Positions 39,196-49,180 of a stretch of DNA of 64,000 bases are shown here, piece after piece (the first letter of the stretch is position 1; each line of letters begins with the position of its first letter). Position numbers and translations under genes: made by a program. This stretch comes from Myxococcota bacterium (GTDB lineage: Bacteria > Myxococcota_A > UBA796 > GCA-2862545), in assembly GCA_039208735.1 (NCBI GenBank), contig JBCCQY010000018.1, positions 19,702 to 83,701 on the forward strand. The letters are read 5' to 3'. The notes under the pieces were generated by a model. The model had not been told where the DNA came from. It made no database searches and was given only the letters and a program-made list of their open reading frames with translations.

Positions 39196-41469
39196 CTACG
39201 CAATGCCTCGGGCCAAGGCCACCACGGTCTGCCCCACCGCCAGTCCGCCGTCGCCAGGCGGCACCTCGCGATGCGTCAACACCGTGAAGCCGAGCATTCG
39301 CAGCCGGTGCACCAACGACTCCGTCAACACCCGATTCGCGAACACACCGCCCGACAACGCCACGGTGTCCAACTCGGGCCTCGTCGCTCGGAGGCGTTCC
39401 GCAAACTCGGCGAACGCACGAGACAGTCCGTGGTGGAACCGAGCGGCCACGGTACCCGCCGATGCGCCTTGCCGCACATCCTCGAGCAACTGCGGCCACA
39501 TCGAGGCGGGGTCTAGGACGCCGGATGCGCCAAACGCCAACGGAAACCCGTCGTCCAGCGGTGCATCGAGGGGCACGAGCGATTCAAGGGCCATGGCCGC
39601 TTGCCCCTCGTAGCTGATGCCTTCCGGGTACACGCCCACGGCGGCAGCGACCGCGTCGAACAAGCGTCCGCAGGACGAGGCCTTTGGTGAAGGGTGGGCC
39701 CGCAACGTGTCCAGGGGTCGGTCCACCAGTCGACCAAACACTGGCCCACGGCCGTACTCCGCCTCAAGCGAGGCCCAGTCCGCGGCGTCGAGCTGGGCAA
39801 AGAGATTCCGCCACGGCTGGCGCGCCGCCCGATCGCCACCGGGAAGCACCGTGGGTCGAAGGTGGCCCACCCGTTCGGCGAACGCGTAGTCCGCAACGAA
39901 TACCTCGCCCCCCCACCACTCCTCGTTCGCACCGTAGCCGATACCGTCGAGTGCGATGCCGATGACGGGTCCTGCATCGCGCGGTCGCCCCACTTCCGCC
40001 ATCACCGCGGCAATGTGCGCATGGTGGTGCTGGACCCGATGCACGGGCACGCGCCGTTCGGCCGCGATGTCCTCGCCAAACTGGCTCGCGCGATACTCGG
40101 GGTGCATGTCGACGACGACACATTGAGGCTCATGGTCGTAGACCTCGGTGAGCAGACGCAGCGCATGGTGCCAACTCTCGAGAGTGCGCAGGTCGTCAAG
40201 GTCGCCGAGGTGCTGGCTCGCGACGAGGTCGGCGCCCTTGGTCAGCGCGAAGACGGCCTTGAGGTCACCGCCCATGGCCAACACTTGGGTACCGCCGAAT
40301 CCCGGAGGCAGCCGCAGAGGAGCCGGGGCGTACCCACGCGCTCGACGGAGCACCCGGATGCTGCCGTCGATGAGGCGAACGACACTGTCATCGACACGGT
40401 TCGCAATGGGCCGGTCATGGACCAACCGCGCATCGGCAATCCCACTCAGTCGGGTGCGCGCATCTTCGTCGTCGGTGCATTGCGGCTCCTCGGTGAGGTT
40501 GCCGCTCGTGCAGACGATAGGCCCGTCGAACGCGGCGAGCAGAAGGTGATGCACCGGCGTCGTCGGCAACATGAAGCCCACATTGTCTGTGTCGGGTGCG
40601 ATCTCGTGAGCGAGGGAAGCCCGACCTCTCAACACGACGATGGGTCCCGCAGGGCTTTGGAGTGCGGCCACTTCCTCGGGGCCAACCTCCGCATACCGTT
40701 CGACCATTTCGAGGTCCCGCGCCATGCAAGCCAAGGGCTTATGGGGACGTCGCTTGCGGGTTCGCAGTCGTGCAACCGCCTCGGAGGACGTGGCGTCGCA
40801 GCACAGCTGGTAGCCACCGAGCCCTTTCACAGCAATGATCTCCCCCTTCCGCAACCGATGGGCCGCCTCTACGATGGGGTCAACCGCCGAGCGGGGCTCC
40901 AACCACAGCCGTGGGCCGCAGGTTGGACACGCCACGGGCTGAGCGTGGAACCTGCGGTCGACCTCATCGTGGTACTCAGCGTGACACCTTGCACACAACT
41001 CGAACGATGCCATCGTGGTCTGCGGGCGATCCCAGGGGACCCCGGTCACGATGCTGAAGCGAGGGCCGCAGTGGGTGCAGGTGGTGAAGCCGTAGCGAAA
41101 CCTCGGGTCGTTGGGTTCGAAAACCTCATCGAGGCAAGCCTGACAAACCACCGCATCCGGGCTGACCCCGGTGTTGGTGTCTCCCGCCTGACTCTTCACG
41201 ATCGAGAACCCGTGGTCCTCGAACGCCGCCTCAGTGGGGTCTCGCTCCACCTGGTCCACACGGGCGAGCGGTGGCAATTCGTCCATGAATTCCGTCACGA
41301 ATCGGTCCCGAAGCGCGGTCTCCCCATAGACCGCGACCAGGACACCATCCGCATCGTTGCGGACCCAGCCGCGAACCCCGAGTCGGCGCGCGACCCGGGC
41401 CACCGTGGGGCGAAATCCCACTCCTTGGACGATACCCACAAAGCGAATCAGCTCGCCCGGCGGCGTCAT
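39196..41469 (-). CDS. hypF: Hydrogenase maturation carbamoyltransferase HypF
   Basis: GIVQGVGFRP, CTHCGPRFS, RRFHAQP.ACP.CGP, KGLGG, QHHHAH, GDGGLAVGQ. Confidence 0.97.
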   Translation of the reverse strand: MTPPGELIRFVGIVQGVGFRPTVARVARRLGVRGWVRNDADGVLVAVYGETALRDRFVTEFMDELPPLARVDQVERDPTEAAFEDHGFSIVKSQAGDTNTGVSPDAVVCQACLDEVFEPNDPRFRYGFTTCTHCGPRFSIVTGVPWDRPQTTMASFELCARCHAEYHDEVDRRFHAQPVACPTCGPRLWLEPRSAVDPIVEAAHRLRKGEIIAVKGLGGYQLCCDATSSEAVARLRTRKRRPHKPLACMARDLEMVERYAEVGPEEVAALQSPAGPIVVLRGRASLAHEIAPDTDNVGFMLPTTPVHHLLLAAFDGPIVCTSGNLTEEPQCTDDEDARTRLSGIADARLVHDRPIANRVDDSVVRLIDGSIRVLRRARGYAPAPLRLPPGFGGTQVLAMGGDLKAVFALTKGADLVASQHLGDLDDLRTLESWHHALRLLTEVYDHEPQCVVVDMHPEYRASQFGEDIAAERRVPVHRVQHHHAHIAAVMAEVGRPRDAGPVIGIALDGIGYGANEEWWGGEVFVADYAFAERVGHLRPTVLPGGDRAARQPWRNLFAQLDAADWASLEAEYGRGPVFGRLVDRPLDTLRAHPSPKASSCGRLFDAVAAAVGVYPEGISYEGQAAMALESLVPLDAPLDDGFPLAFGASGVLDPASMWPQLLEDVRQGASAGTVAARFHHGLSRAFAEFAERLRATRPELDTVALSGGVFANRVLTESLVHRLRMLGFTVLTHREVPPGDGGLAVGQTVVALARGIA

Positions 41470-43136
41470 GAGCCTGGCGGGCGGGCTTCGAGCTGCTTGG
41501 ACTGGTGGAGCGACGACGCCAGGTGGCGTGACAACCGCACCCCGAAGCCCAACGTCCGTTGCACATCTTGATCCTGGAGCGCGCCCAGAAGGCCGAACAT
41601 GCCCACCGGCGTAGCAGGTTCCTTGAACGCCGCCGCCGTCGCTTCGTTGGCCGCCCGAAGAAAGCGGAGGGTGTCTTCTTTCACCGGCATCGACCGAACC
41701 ATGTCGAGGAGCCGCGACACATCTTCGGGGTCGATGCCATCGAGCTTGGTCAACAACGGCTTTGCGAACTTGGCGAGGTTCGGCGCAAGCTCGATCACCA
41801 TTTCGAGCGCCTCGAGGGTGTCGGGCTGGGTGGCCTGCTTCAAGAGGCGCAGTCCGGTCATGGTGGGCTTCTCGAGTTCCTCGATGGTGCCAATGCCGCT
41901 TTCTTCCGCGGCCGAATCGAGCATATCGAGGGCCCGTTCAACCTGGTTCACGGTCCGCTCGACCCTCGGCAGACGGTTCACCAACCGTTGCAGCGCTCCT
42001 GAAGTGTCCGGCGTGTCCGAGATCGAGGCAAGGATTGTGGAGACCTGCGCAAGCCCTCGGAGCGTCGGCGGGGTCGACAACGTGGTCAGGGCTTCAAGAC
42101 CGGCTTCCAACCGCTGGTCGACATCGGCCACGTCCTGCCGTCGGGCCCAGGTGCGCACGCCGTCCATGGTCTCTTCGAGAAGCTCGGGGCCTGCAGCAGC
42201 AAAGTACGCAGCGTATTCGAGCTGCGGGGCCAGGGCTGCAATCCGAGTCAGCGCCGAGAGCGTTTCTTCGTCCGACAACTCGAGCAGGACCTCGTAGAGT
42301 CGTGACTCGAGGCTCGCCTCCCCTTCCAGAGCCGCGCGCTGGCCCAACACCTCGGCCGTCGCGCGGAGCACGGGCCTCATGTGGGGTGCACTGCGCCCGA
42401 GTTCGCGTAGGGTCTCGATTTGCTCGGACCCCGTGAACAGCAGCAACAGGTCCGTGGCTTGATTCAGCCGATGGACGATGACATGAGGGTCGATTCCATG
42501 TTCGGAAGCTTTGGAACGCGCAAGCTCCATCGCTTCTTCAAGCAACTCCGGGCCCGCCGCCACAAAACCCGCCGCATATTCGAGTTGGGGGGCCAAGTTG
42601 GCGAGCCGTACCAACGCTTCTTGCGTCTCGGGATCCGAGAGTTCGAGAAACGCCTCGGTCATGCGACGCTGCAAGTCCTCATGACCCTCAAAGTCCCCGC
42701 GTTGCTGTAGCGCTGACGCAGCCGCTTCAGCCAACGGCAAGTAGTGCGGTGCGACCTCGGCGACGCGCTTGACCAGTTCCATTCGACCGCCGCTCGACAG
42801 TTCGATCGCCGTTTCCACCGCCCGGGTGAGCCGCCGCTGGACCTCGAACGCCCCAAGCCCAGAGTCCTCAGCCATCTTGCGAGCGGAGACAAGCGCTTCG
42901 TCGAGCAGCTCGGGGCCTGCTGCCGCAAGGTAGGCCGCGTACTCGAGTTGAGGAGCCAACGCCGCAATGCGCGCCAAGGCATCCAGACTCTCGGGATCCC
43001 CCAACTCCAGCATCAGCTTGGACAGCGAATCCGATGGCGTCGGCGTCGCGACGTGCCGCTGCTCCAACAATGCAGTGAGGCGTTCAAGCGCCGCTTCCAC
43101 CCGATCGAGACGTGCCGAAACATCCGAATCACTCAT
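41466..43136 (-). CDS. All-helical protein with three 121-aa repeats and a C-terminal DUF1641-like motif
   Basis: LAPQLEYAAxxxAAGPELL at aa 60, 181 and 302; C-terminal PVGMFGLLGALQDQDVQRTLGF; overlaps hypB and hypF. Confidence 0.8.
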   Translation of the reverse strand: MSDSDVSARLDRVEAALERLTALLEQRHVATPTPSDSLSKLMLELGDPESLDALARIAALAPQLEYAAYLAAAGPELLDEALVSARKMAEDSGLGAFEVQRRLTRAVETAIELSSGGRMELVKRVAEVAPHYLPLAEAAASALQQRGDFEGHEDLQRRMTEAFLELSDPETQEALVRLANLAPQLEYAAGFVAAGPELLEEAMELARSKASEHGIDPHVIVHRLNQATDLLLLFTGSEQIETLRELGRSAPHMRPVLRATAEVLGQRAALEGEASLESRLYEVLLELSDEETLSALTRIAALAPQLEYAAYFAAAGPELLEETMDGVRTWARRQDVADVDQRLEAGLEALTTLSTPPTLRGLAQVSTILASISDTPDTSGALQRLVNRLPRVERTVNQVERALDMLDSAAEESGIGTIEELEKPTMTGLRLLKQATQPDTLEALEMVIELAPNLAKFAKPLLTKLDGIDPEDVSRLLDMVRSMPVKEDTLRFLRAANEATAAAFKEPATPVGMFGLLGALQDQDVQRTLGFGVRLSRHLASSLHQSKQLEARPPGS

Positions 43137-43969
43137 GACGTTCTCCCGGGCGCACGGTCACGGATCCATTGGTACCAGGCATCCATTCCTTCACCGGTAC
43201 GGGCGGAAACCTGCAGCACAGGCACGGTGGGGTTCACGCTCGCAATGGCATCCAGCGTGCGCGGGACGTCGAAGTCGAGATGCGGGAGCAAATCGACCTT
43301 TGTGAGCAACACGAGGTCGGCCCGGCTGAACATATGGGGGTACTTCTCGGGCTTGTCCTCGCCCTCGGTGACCGAGTACAGCACCACTTTGGCCGCTTCA
43401 CCAAGGTCGAACAACGCGGGGCACACCAGGTTGCCGACATTCTCGATGAATAGCGTTCCGCCAGGCTCCGGCCGCAGGCGTTGAATCCCCTGCCAGACCA
43501 TCTCGGCTTCGAGGTGACAGCCCTTGCCCGTGTTCACCTGCACGACGGGCGCCCCGGTCGCCCGAACGCGTTCGGCGTCGAGCGAGGTCTCTTGGTCTCC
43601 CTCGAGCACGCCGGTAGAACCATCGAATTCCGTCAGGGTGCGCACAAGCAGCGTCGTCTTGCCGGAGCCCGGGGAACTCATGAGGTTCAACGCGGTGACC
43701 TCACGCGCATCGAGCCACGTCCGATTCCGTTCGGCGATGCGTTCGTTGGTGGCCAACACCCGTTGTTCGATTTCCACGAGTTCGTGGGGACCATCGTGGT
43801 GGTGGTGATGATGATCATCGTGGTGATGATGGTCGTGGTCGTGGTCGTGGTGATGGTGGTGACCCGGTTTCGGGTCGAGGACCGCAGCGACGGCAGCCCG
43901 CTCTCCTGTGGTCAGGTCGTGCAAGGAGGCGTCGCTCTCGCCGCCACTACACCCGCAGGTCATACACAT
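43133..43969 (-). CDS. hypB: Hydrogenase nickel-insertion GTPase HypB
   Basis: MCMTCGC, His-rich tract, SSPGSGKTT, GCHL, ENVGNLVCP, KYPHMF. Confidence 0.97.
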   Translation of the reverse strand: MCMTCGCSGGESDASLHDLTTGERAAVAAVLDPKPGHHHHHDHDHDHHHHDDHHHHHHDGPHELVEIEQRVLATNERIAERNRTWLDAREVTALNLMSSPGSGKTTLLVRTLTEFDGSTGVLEGDQETSLDAERVRATGAPVVQVNTGKGCHLEAEMVWQGIQRLRPEPGGTLFIENVGNLVCPALFDLGEAAKVVLYSVTEGEDKPEKYPHMFSRADLVLLTKVDLLPHLDFDVPRTLDAIASVNPTVPVLQVSARTGEGMDAWYQWIRDRAPGRTS

Positions 43970-44298
43970 CAGAGCTCCATCGACTGAATCAAGAGTTCTT
44001 CGCCCGCTACGATGCGCAGGGGCGCTCGGCGTTCGCACTGGCAAAGCGCCACAAGGTGTTGGAGCTGCATCTGCTCCCCGCAACGTTCGCATTCCCCGCG
44101 CCCTTCGACCTCGTGCACCACGAGTTCGGCCCCTTCAAGAGCCGTGCCTTCGGTACACATTCCGAAGCAAAACTCAATGGCGCCAACCTCGATGCCAGCC
44201 AGAGCGCCGATACGGAGATGAATGCGGCGCACGGGTCGTCCTGCCGCACGTTCCGACACGATGGACACAATGTTTCGGGTGATCGACAGTTCGTGCAT
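43969..44298 (-). CDS. hypA: Hydrogenase nickel chaperone HypA
   Basis: MHELSI, CERC, CQC, GEELLI. Confidence 0.95.
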   Translation of the reverse strand: MHELSITRNIVSIVSERAAGRPVRRIHLRIGALAGIEVGAIEFCFGMCTEGTALEGAELVVHEVEGRGECERCGEQMQLQHLVALCQCERRAPLRIVAGEELLIQSMEL

Positions 44299-45377
44299 TA
44301 GCAAATCCTCGGCAGCTGCGTGCCGACCAACATGTCGAGGATGCGCTCTCCCCCGAAGCTCGTCCGAACGGTGACCACGCCCGGCGGCTGCGGACGGCAC
44401 CGCCCCACCAGCGCCGCATGCTCACCCAACGGATGTCGACGCATGACCTCAAGGGCCCGTTCCGCCTGTGCGGCAGGAACCGCCACGGCGACCTTGCCTT
44501 CATTCGCCAGATGAACGGGATCTAGACCCAACAGCTCACAGAAGCCGTGTACTTCTGGTCGCACCGGCAGCGCCGCCTCGTCGACTTGGATGCCCACCTC
44601 ACTTCCCAGAGCGAGCTCGTTGAGCACCGCGGCCAGACCGCCGCGGGTGACATCCCGCATGGCGTGAACCTCAACCTCGTCGAGCAAGGCGCGAATGAGG
44701 TCGTAGAGCGGAGCACAGTCGCTCGGAATGTCGGATTCGAGGTTCAACTCCCCTCGGGCCACGAGGATCGCAGCCCCGTGGTCGCCCAAAAAGCCATTGA
44801 CCAGCACCACATCGTCAGACTGCAATCGGCTCGACGACACCTCGACGTCAGACGGGATCACGCCGATGCCCGAAGTGTTGATGAACAGCTGGTCGGCGGC
44901 CCCGCGTTGCACAACCTTGGTATCGCCCGTCGCAATGTGAACCCCCGCCTCCCGCGCGGCCTCTCCCATGCTGGTGAGCACCTGGCGAAGGGTGTCGATG
45001 GGCAGGCCCTCCTCGATGACAAGCCCCACCGAGAGGTACTTTGGCTGGGCGCCGCCCACTGCCAGGTCGTTGACCGTTCCATTCACGGCGAGCTTGCCGA
45101 TGTCTCCGCCAGGAAAGAACAGCGGGGAGACGACGTAGCTGTCGGTCGTGAAGGCGAGCCGGTCGCCTTGTGCGGACAAATCGGCCAGCGAGAACCGTGC
45201 TTGGTCCTCATCGACTTCAAGGTGTTCACTTCGAAAAGCGCGAATCACCAAATCGTCGATCAGAGCGCGCATCGCCTTGCCGCCGCCGCCGTGTGCCATC
45301 GTCACGACGTCTTCCCGCACCCGACCCGAGCGCCGCCGGAAGCGCTCGATGCGTTGAAACAGCGGATGCTCACTCAT
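44298..45377 (-). CDS. hypE: Hydrogenase maturation dehydratase HypE
   Basis: MAHGGGG, FTTDSYVV, NGTVNDLA, ANEGK, C-terminal PRIC. Confidence 0.97.
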   Translation of the reverse strand: MSEHPLFQRIERFRRRSGRVREDVVTMAHGGGGKAMRALIDDLVIRAFRSEHLEVDEDQARFSLADLSAQGDRLAFTTDSYVVSPLFFPGGDIGKLAVNGTVNDLAVGGAQPKYLSVGLVIEEGLPIDTLRQVLTSMGEAAREAGVHIATGDTKVVQRGAADQLFINTSGIGVIPSDVEVSSSRLQSDDVVLVNGFLGDHGAAILVARGELNLESDIPSDCAPLYDLIRALLDEVEVHAMRDVTRGGLAAVLNELALGSEVGIQVDEAALPVRPEVHGFCELLGLDPVHLANEGKVAVAVPAAQAERALEVMRRHPLGEHAALVGRCRPQPPGVVTVRTSFGGERILDMLVGTQLPRIC

Positions 45378-46500
45378 GAGGCCACCTCGACATGCCGGAC
45401 GGTGGAAAGGCGACCATATTGGTAGTACGCCGCACAGGAACCTTCGGACGAGACCATGCAAGCGCCGATGGGCGTTTCCGGTGTGCAAGCGGTACCAAAC
45501 ACCTTGCACTCCCAAGGCTTGATGCTGCCTTTGAGCACCTCACCGCACTGGCAGGCTTTCGGATCGGCGACCGACAACCCGGGCGTCCCAAACCGGCGTT
45601 CGGCATCGAAGCGTTGGTACCGTTCGGTCAGCTGCAGGCCGCTGTGGTCGATGGAACCGAGTCCACGCCACTCAAAGAAGGGCCGCAACTCGAAGACTTG
45701 CACCAGGGCATCTAGCGCCTGGGGATTGCCCCCGTCGCGTACCAGCCGTCGATATTGATTCTCGATTTCGGCGCGGCCGTCGAGCAACTGCGCCAACACC
45801 ATCTGGATCGACTGGAGAACGTCGAGCGGCTCGAAGCCTGCCACGACGAGCGGCCCTGGTAGCGCTCCGCGATGAAGCGGTATGGCGCGGTTCCAATGAC
45901 CATCGAGACGTGGCCCGGTCCGATGAACCCGTCGAGGCGGTCATCGGGAGAATCCAAGATGGCCTTGATCGTAGGCACAATCGTGATGTGGTTCGAAAAG
46001 ACGTAGAAGTTTTCAATGCCCTCGGCCTCGGCTTGGAGCACCGTGAGGGCGGTGGACGGTGCGGTCGTCTCGAAACCAATGCCAAAGAACACCACGGGCC
46101 GGTCCGGATTGGCCCGCGCAAGCGCCAATGCATCCATCGGGGAGTAGACGGTGCGTACATCCGCGCCATTGGCCTTCGCCTGGAGCAAGCTGTGGGTCGA
46201 TCCGGGCACCCGGACGGCATCGCCGAAGGTTGCGAAGATGACGTCCGGCTGGGTGGCGATCGCCACCGCGTCATCCACTCGGCCCACGGGCAACACGCAC
46301 ACCGGGCACCCGGGTCCGTGGATCAGTTCGATCGCGTCGGGCAGGATTTCTTCAAGGCCAAACTTGAAAATTGCATGGGTGTGTCCTCCACACACCTCCA
46401 TGATGCGGATGGGTCGATCCAAGGCCTTGAGCTGCTGGCGAATGACACCGAGCAGGTGGGCCGCGGCTTCGGGATCGCGAAACTCGTCGACGTACTTCAC
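45374..46500 (-). pseudogene. hypD: hypD with a single frameshift (true lesion or assembly error)
   Basis: N-part has MEVCGGHTH, GPGCPVC and PGHVS; C-part in another frame has VVAGFEP, CGEVL and GACMVSSEGSC; one base missing near 45854-45857. Confidence 0.9.
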
Positions 46501-47150
46501 GGCGCCTCCTCATGGGCCAACAGGGTGTGAACAAGGTCCCAGAGCACATGGTAGGCAACCAAGTGCCCCTCCTGAACGCGGTGCACGCTTGGCGACGGCA
46601 CTCGAACCACGTGCTGAACGTGCTCGCTCGTGGCCATCCGTCCGCCGTCGCCCCCGGTGAACCCCATCGTCACGAGTCCCTGGCTCGAGGCCACGCGAAA
46701 CGCCTCAAGAAGGTTCTCGGAGTTGCCGCTCGTCGAAAGGCCAAGCAGGGCATCCCCTTTGCGACCGTGGGCGAGGAGTTGGCGGGCGAACACCTGGTCA
46801 AACCCGACATCATTGCCCACCGCCGTGATCATCGGCATGTCGGCGAGCTGCAAAGCAGGCAGGGCCCGGCGCCCCACCGTGATGGGATGCATGAATTCCA
46901 CTGCGACGTGGGCGGCATCGCAGGAAGACCCACCATTGCCCATCGTCAGCAGGCGTCCGCCAGCGGCAAACACCTGCGAAAGGGCGCGCGCGGCGGCGAC
47001 CAAGGCCGGCCCCCCGACGTCCAGCGTTTGCCGTTTCGCTTCGATCGACGCTTCGAACTTGGTCTGAATCGAGGTCAGGAGATGCTCGTCGGTAAGCGCC
47101 GCGCGATGCCCCTTCAGGTCGGGGTACAGCTGGGACAATGGGTCGGTCAC
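46497..47150 (-). CDS. gmhA: SIS-domain phosphoheptose-isomerase-like protein
   Basis: GNGGSSCDAAH, TAVGND, STSGNSEN, VQEGH. Confidence 0.85.
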   Translation of the reverse strand: MTDPLSQLYPDLKGHRAALTDEHLLTSIQTKFEASIEAKRQTLDVGGPALVAAARALSQVFAAGGRLLTMGNGGSSCDAAHVAVEFMHPITVGRRALPALQLADMPMITAVGNDVGFDQVFARQLLAHGRKGDALLGLSTSGNSENLLEAFRVASSQGLVTMGFTGGDGGRMATSEHVQHVVRVPSPSVHRVQEGHLVAYHVLWDLVHTLLAHEEAP

Positions 47151-47434
47151 GACGGCAACTCCGGCGTTTGCCGCATGGCCTCGTGGGCCTCGGCCACCTC
47201 GCCAAGCTCGTGCATGAGTTCCAACGTACGCTGCGCTTCCTCGGGATCAATGCGGCTCATCGCAAAGCCCACATGCACGAGCACCCAGTCACCGACGCAG
47301 CTGTCGATCGGATGGTCCTCGTTGATCACGCAGGCCAGGTTGACCGTACGCCGAACGCCGCTGACATCCACGACGCCGAGTCGCTTTTCACGATCGGCAA
47401 TCTCGACGATTTCACCGGGAATTCCGAGGCACAT
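47147..47434 (-). CDS. hypC: Hydrogenase chaperone HypC
   Basis: MCLGIPG, VGDWVLVHVGFA; AAGGAG RBS. Confidence 0.97.
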   Translation of the reverse strand: MCLGIPGEIVEIADREKRLGVVDVSGVRRTVNLACVINEDHPIDSCVGDWVLVHVGFAMSRIDPEEAQRTLELMHELGEVAEAHEAMRQTPELPS

Positions 47435-47996
47435 GGCCACTCCTTGAGTTGAGGCGCTGCCGAAGCTGCCATTTGACGACGCCCATCATGGCTGCCGCAT
47501 CGGGAACGACGCGGGCGATGGGTACGCTGACGCGATGCGCGATCAACAACTCGAGTCCTGTCGCAGGCTCGCCGAGCAACGGCCATTGAGCGCGGGGCAC
47601 CGTCGTGAGCCGTTCGAGCTTCGCCACCGCTGCGTCATCGTGGAGATTGCCGAGCGCCCGTCGACCCTCCACCTCATCCACGATCACAACCTCGCCTCGC
47701 AACAGCAGGGTTCGGGCCGCATCCACATCATCGAGCATGGAGTAGGAAGCAAAGGTGCACGCCCGTCCATCCGTACGAGCGAGTTCCACGGCGGGTCCGC
47801 AGGTGTGGCAAAACGCGGCCGGTTCGCCAAAGCGACGGGCCTCTGGATTGCCGATTTCTTGAGTGCATTCCGGGCACATCGCAATCTTGGGCCGGATCGC
47901 ATCGGGGCCGCATGTCGTGCACCGCGTGAACGGGTAGCGGTAGCGACGGGCGAAGGGGTCCCGAATCTCTTCGGCACAAGCCTCACACAGCGTCAC
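47412..47996 (-). CDS. Mini-HypF: two HypF zinc fingers plus a degenerate YrdC-like fragment
   Basis: CEAC..RRYRYPF..CTTCGP, MCPEC..RRF..CHTCGP; GTGA overlap with the NHL gene; no acylphosphatase or Kae1 domain. Confidence 0.7.
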   Translation of the reverse strand: MTLCEACAEEIRDPFARRYRYPFTRCTTCGPDAIRPKIAMCPECTQEIGNPEARRFGEPAAFCHTCGPAVELARTDGRACTFASYSMLDDVDAARTLLLRGEVVIVDEVEGRRALGNLHDDAAVAKLERLTTVPRAQWPLLGEPATGLELLIAHRVSVPIARVVPDAAAMMGVVKWQLRQRLNSRSGHVPRNSR

Positions 47997-49180
47997 GAGC
48001 CCTCCTCGGCGAGCGACCACACAAGGACGCGGTGATTGCCTGTGTCTGCGACGACCATGGTTTGGCCCACAATCTGGAGCCCATAAGGCCAACACAAGCT
48101 GTCTCGCTCGGCTTCCTTCCAGCGGTTGTCGCCTTTCGCACCGAAATGCGGCTGACCACAAAGCGCTTGAGCGGGAATTCCATCACCAAGGGGAGCGCGC
48201 CACCCCACCAGACGCGAATTCGCCGTGTCCCCGGCGACCAGCCACCCAGACCCCGCCGCGATGGCGTAGGGCATGTTGAGGCACGCTGCGTCCGGCCAAT
48301 AGTTCGATCGGTTGTGGTCCACTGAAGAAAAGTCAGGTTGACCCAACACAGTGGTGGCGGGCTGATTCGTTTCGTCGGGGAGTCCTTCCCAAAGGAGCAC
48401 TCGGTTGTTGCCCGCATCCGTCACGACCAGACGGCCATCGAGCACCGCCAGGTCGTGGGGCCAACGGAGGCTCGATGAACTCGGCGCTTGCCCCCCATTG
48501 TCACTGCGTGATTGCAAATCGGGCTGACCGAGAACCAAGTCAGCCGGCTGACCCGATTGCGTGGGCAGCGTGCGCCAAATGAGCACACGGCGGTTGCCTG
48601 CATCGGCCACATACAGTCGGCCATCGTGCACGAGGACCTGAAACGGCCAGTGCAGCGTGTCAGCGCCCGCCTCGGCCTTCCCACGATTGGGTTCTTGCCC
48701 CGAGAAGTCCGCTTGCCCCAGGACAAGGTCGGCAGGCACCCCGGATTCAGCCGGGCGTTCGAACCACACCAACACTCGATTGTTCCAGCTGTCCGCGACC
48801 ACGAGGCCACCTTCACCGAACGGACCGAGGCCACACGGAACATTCAACGTCGTCGCGGAGGGCTCACCAAGGGCGTTGCGGCCCTCGCGATCGAAGGCGG
48901 GTTGACCCATGACAAAGTCGGCGGGCGTGCCGTCCTCGGTGGGGAGGCGGGCCCAGCCAAGCAGCCGATGGTGCCCGGTGTCAGCCACCCACAGCGGACC
49001 CTCCGGGCCAAACAGGTGGGCTCCCCGTGGGCCAAACAATGCACTCGCATCGGGTGCCACCGGACCCACCAGCGGATCGGCGCCTCCAAGGAGCAACCGC
49101 GGACCGGAGGGAACGAGCAGCGCAGGAGCGGGTGGACCCGAGGGCGGACCCTCGCCGAGCGGAACGTGAAGCGCGTTCAT
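47993..49180 (-). CDS. NHL-repeat beta-propeller protein (hydrogenase accessory)
   Basis: Repeated L.VADxGNxRVL.W...PADxVLGQPDF. Confidence 0.9.
   Translation of the reverse strand: MNALHVPLGEGPPSGPPAPALLVPSGPRLLLGGADPLVGPVAPDASALFGPRGAHLFGPEGPLWVADTGHHRLLGWARLPTEDGTPADFVMGQPAFDREGRNALGEPSATTLNVPCGLGPFGEGGLVVADSWNNRVLVWFERPAESGVPADLVLGQADFSGQEPNRGKAEAGADTLHWPFQVLVHDGRLYVADAGNRRVLIWRTLPTQSGQPADLVLGQPDLQSRSDNGGQAPSSSSLRWPHDLAVLDGRLVVTDAGNNRVLLWEGLPDETNQPATTVLGQPDFSSVDHNRSNYWPDAACLNMPYAIAAGSGWLVAGDTANSRLVGWRAPLGDGIPAQALCGQPHFGAKGDNRWKEAERDSLCWPYGLQIVGQTMVVADTGNHRVLVWSLAEEGS

Noticed and set aside
39694..41571. 625-aa plus-strand ORF
   Set aside because: Antisense shadow of hypF, which is common in high-GC DNA; no motifs.
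43790..43865. Low-complexity (TGG/TGA/TCG)n tract
   Set aside because: Encodes the ordinary His-rich region of HypB.
45845..45865. Programmed frameshift in hypD
   Set aside because: No slippery heptamer, and no precedent known to me; an indel is simpler.
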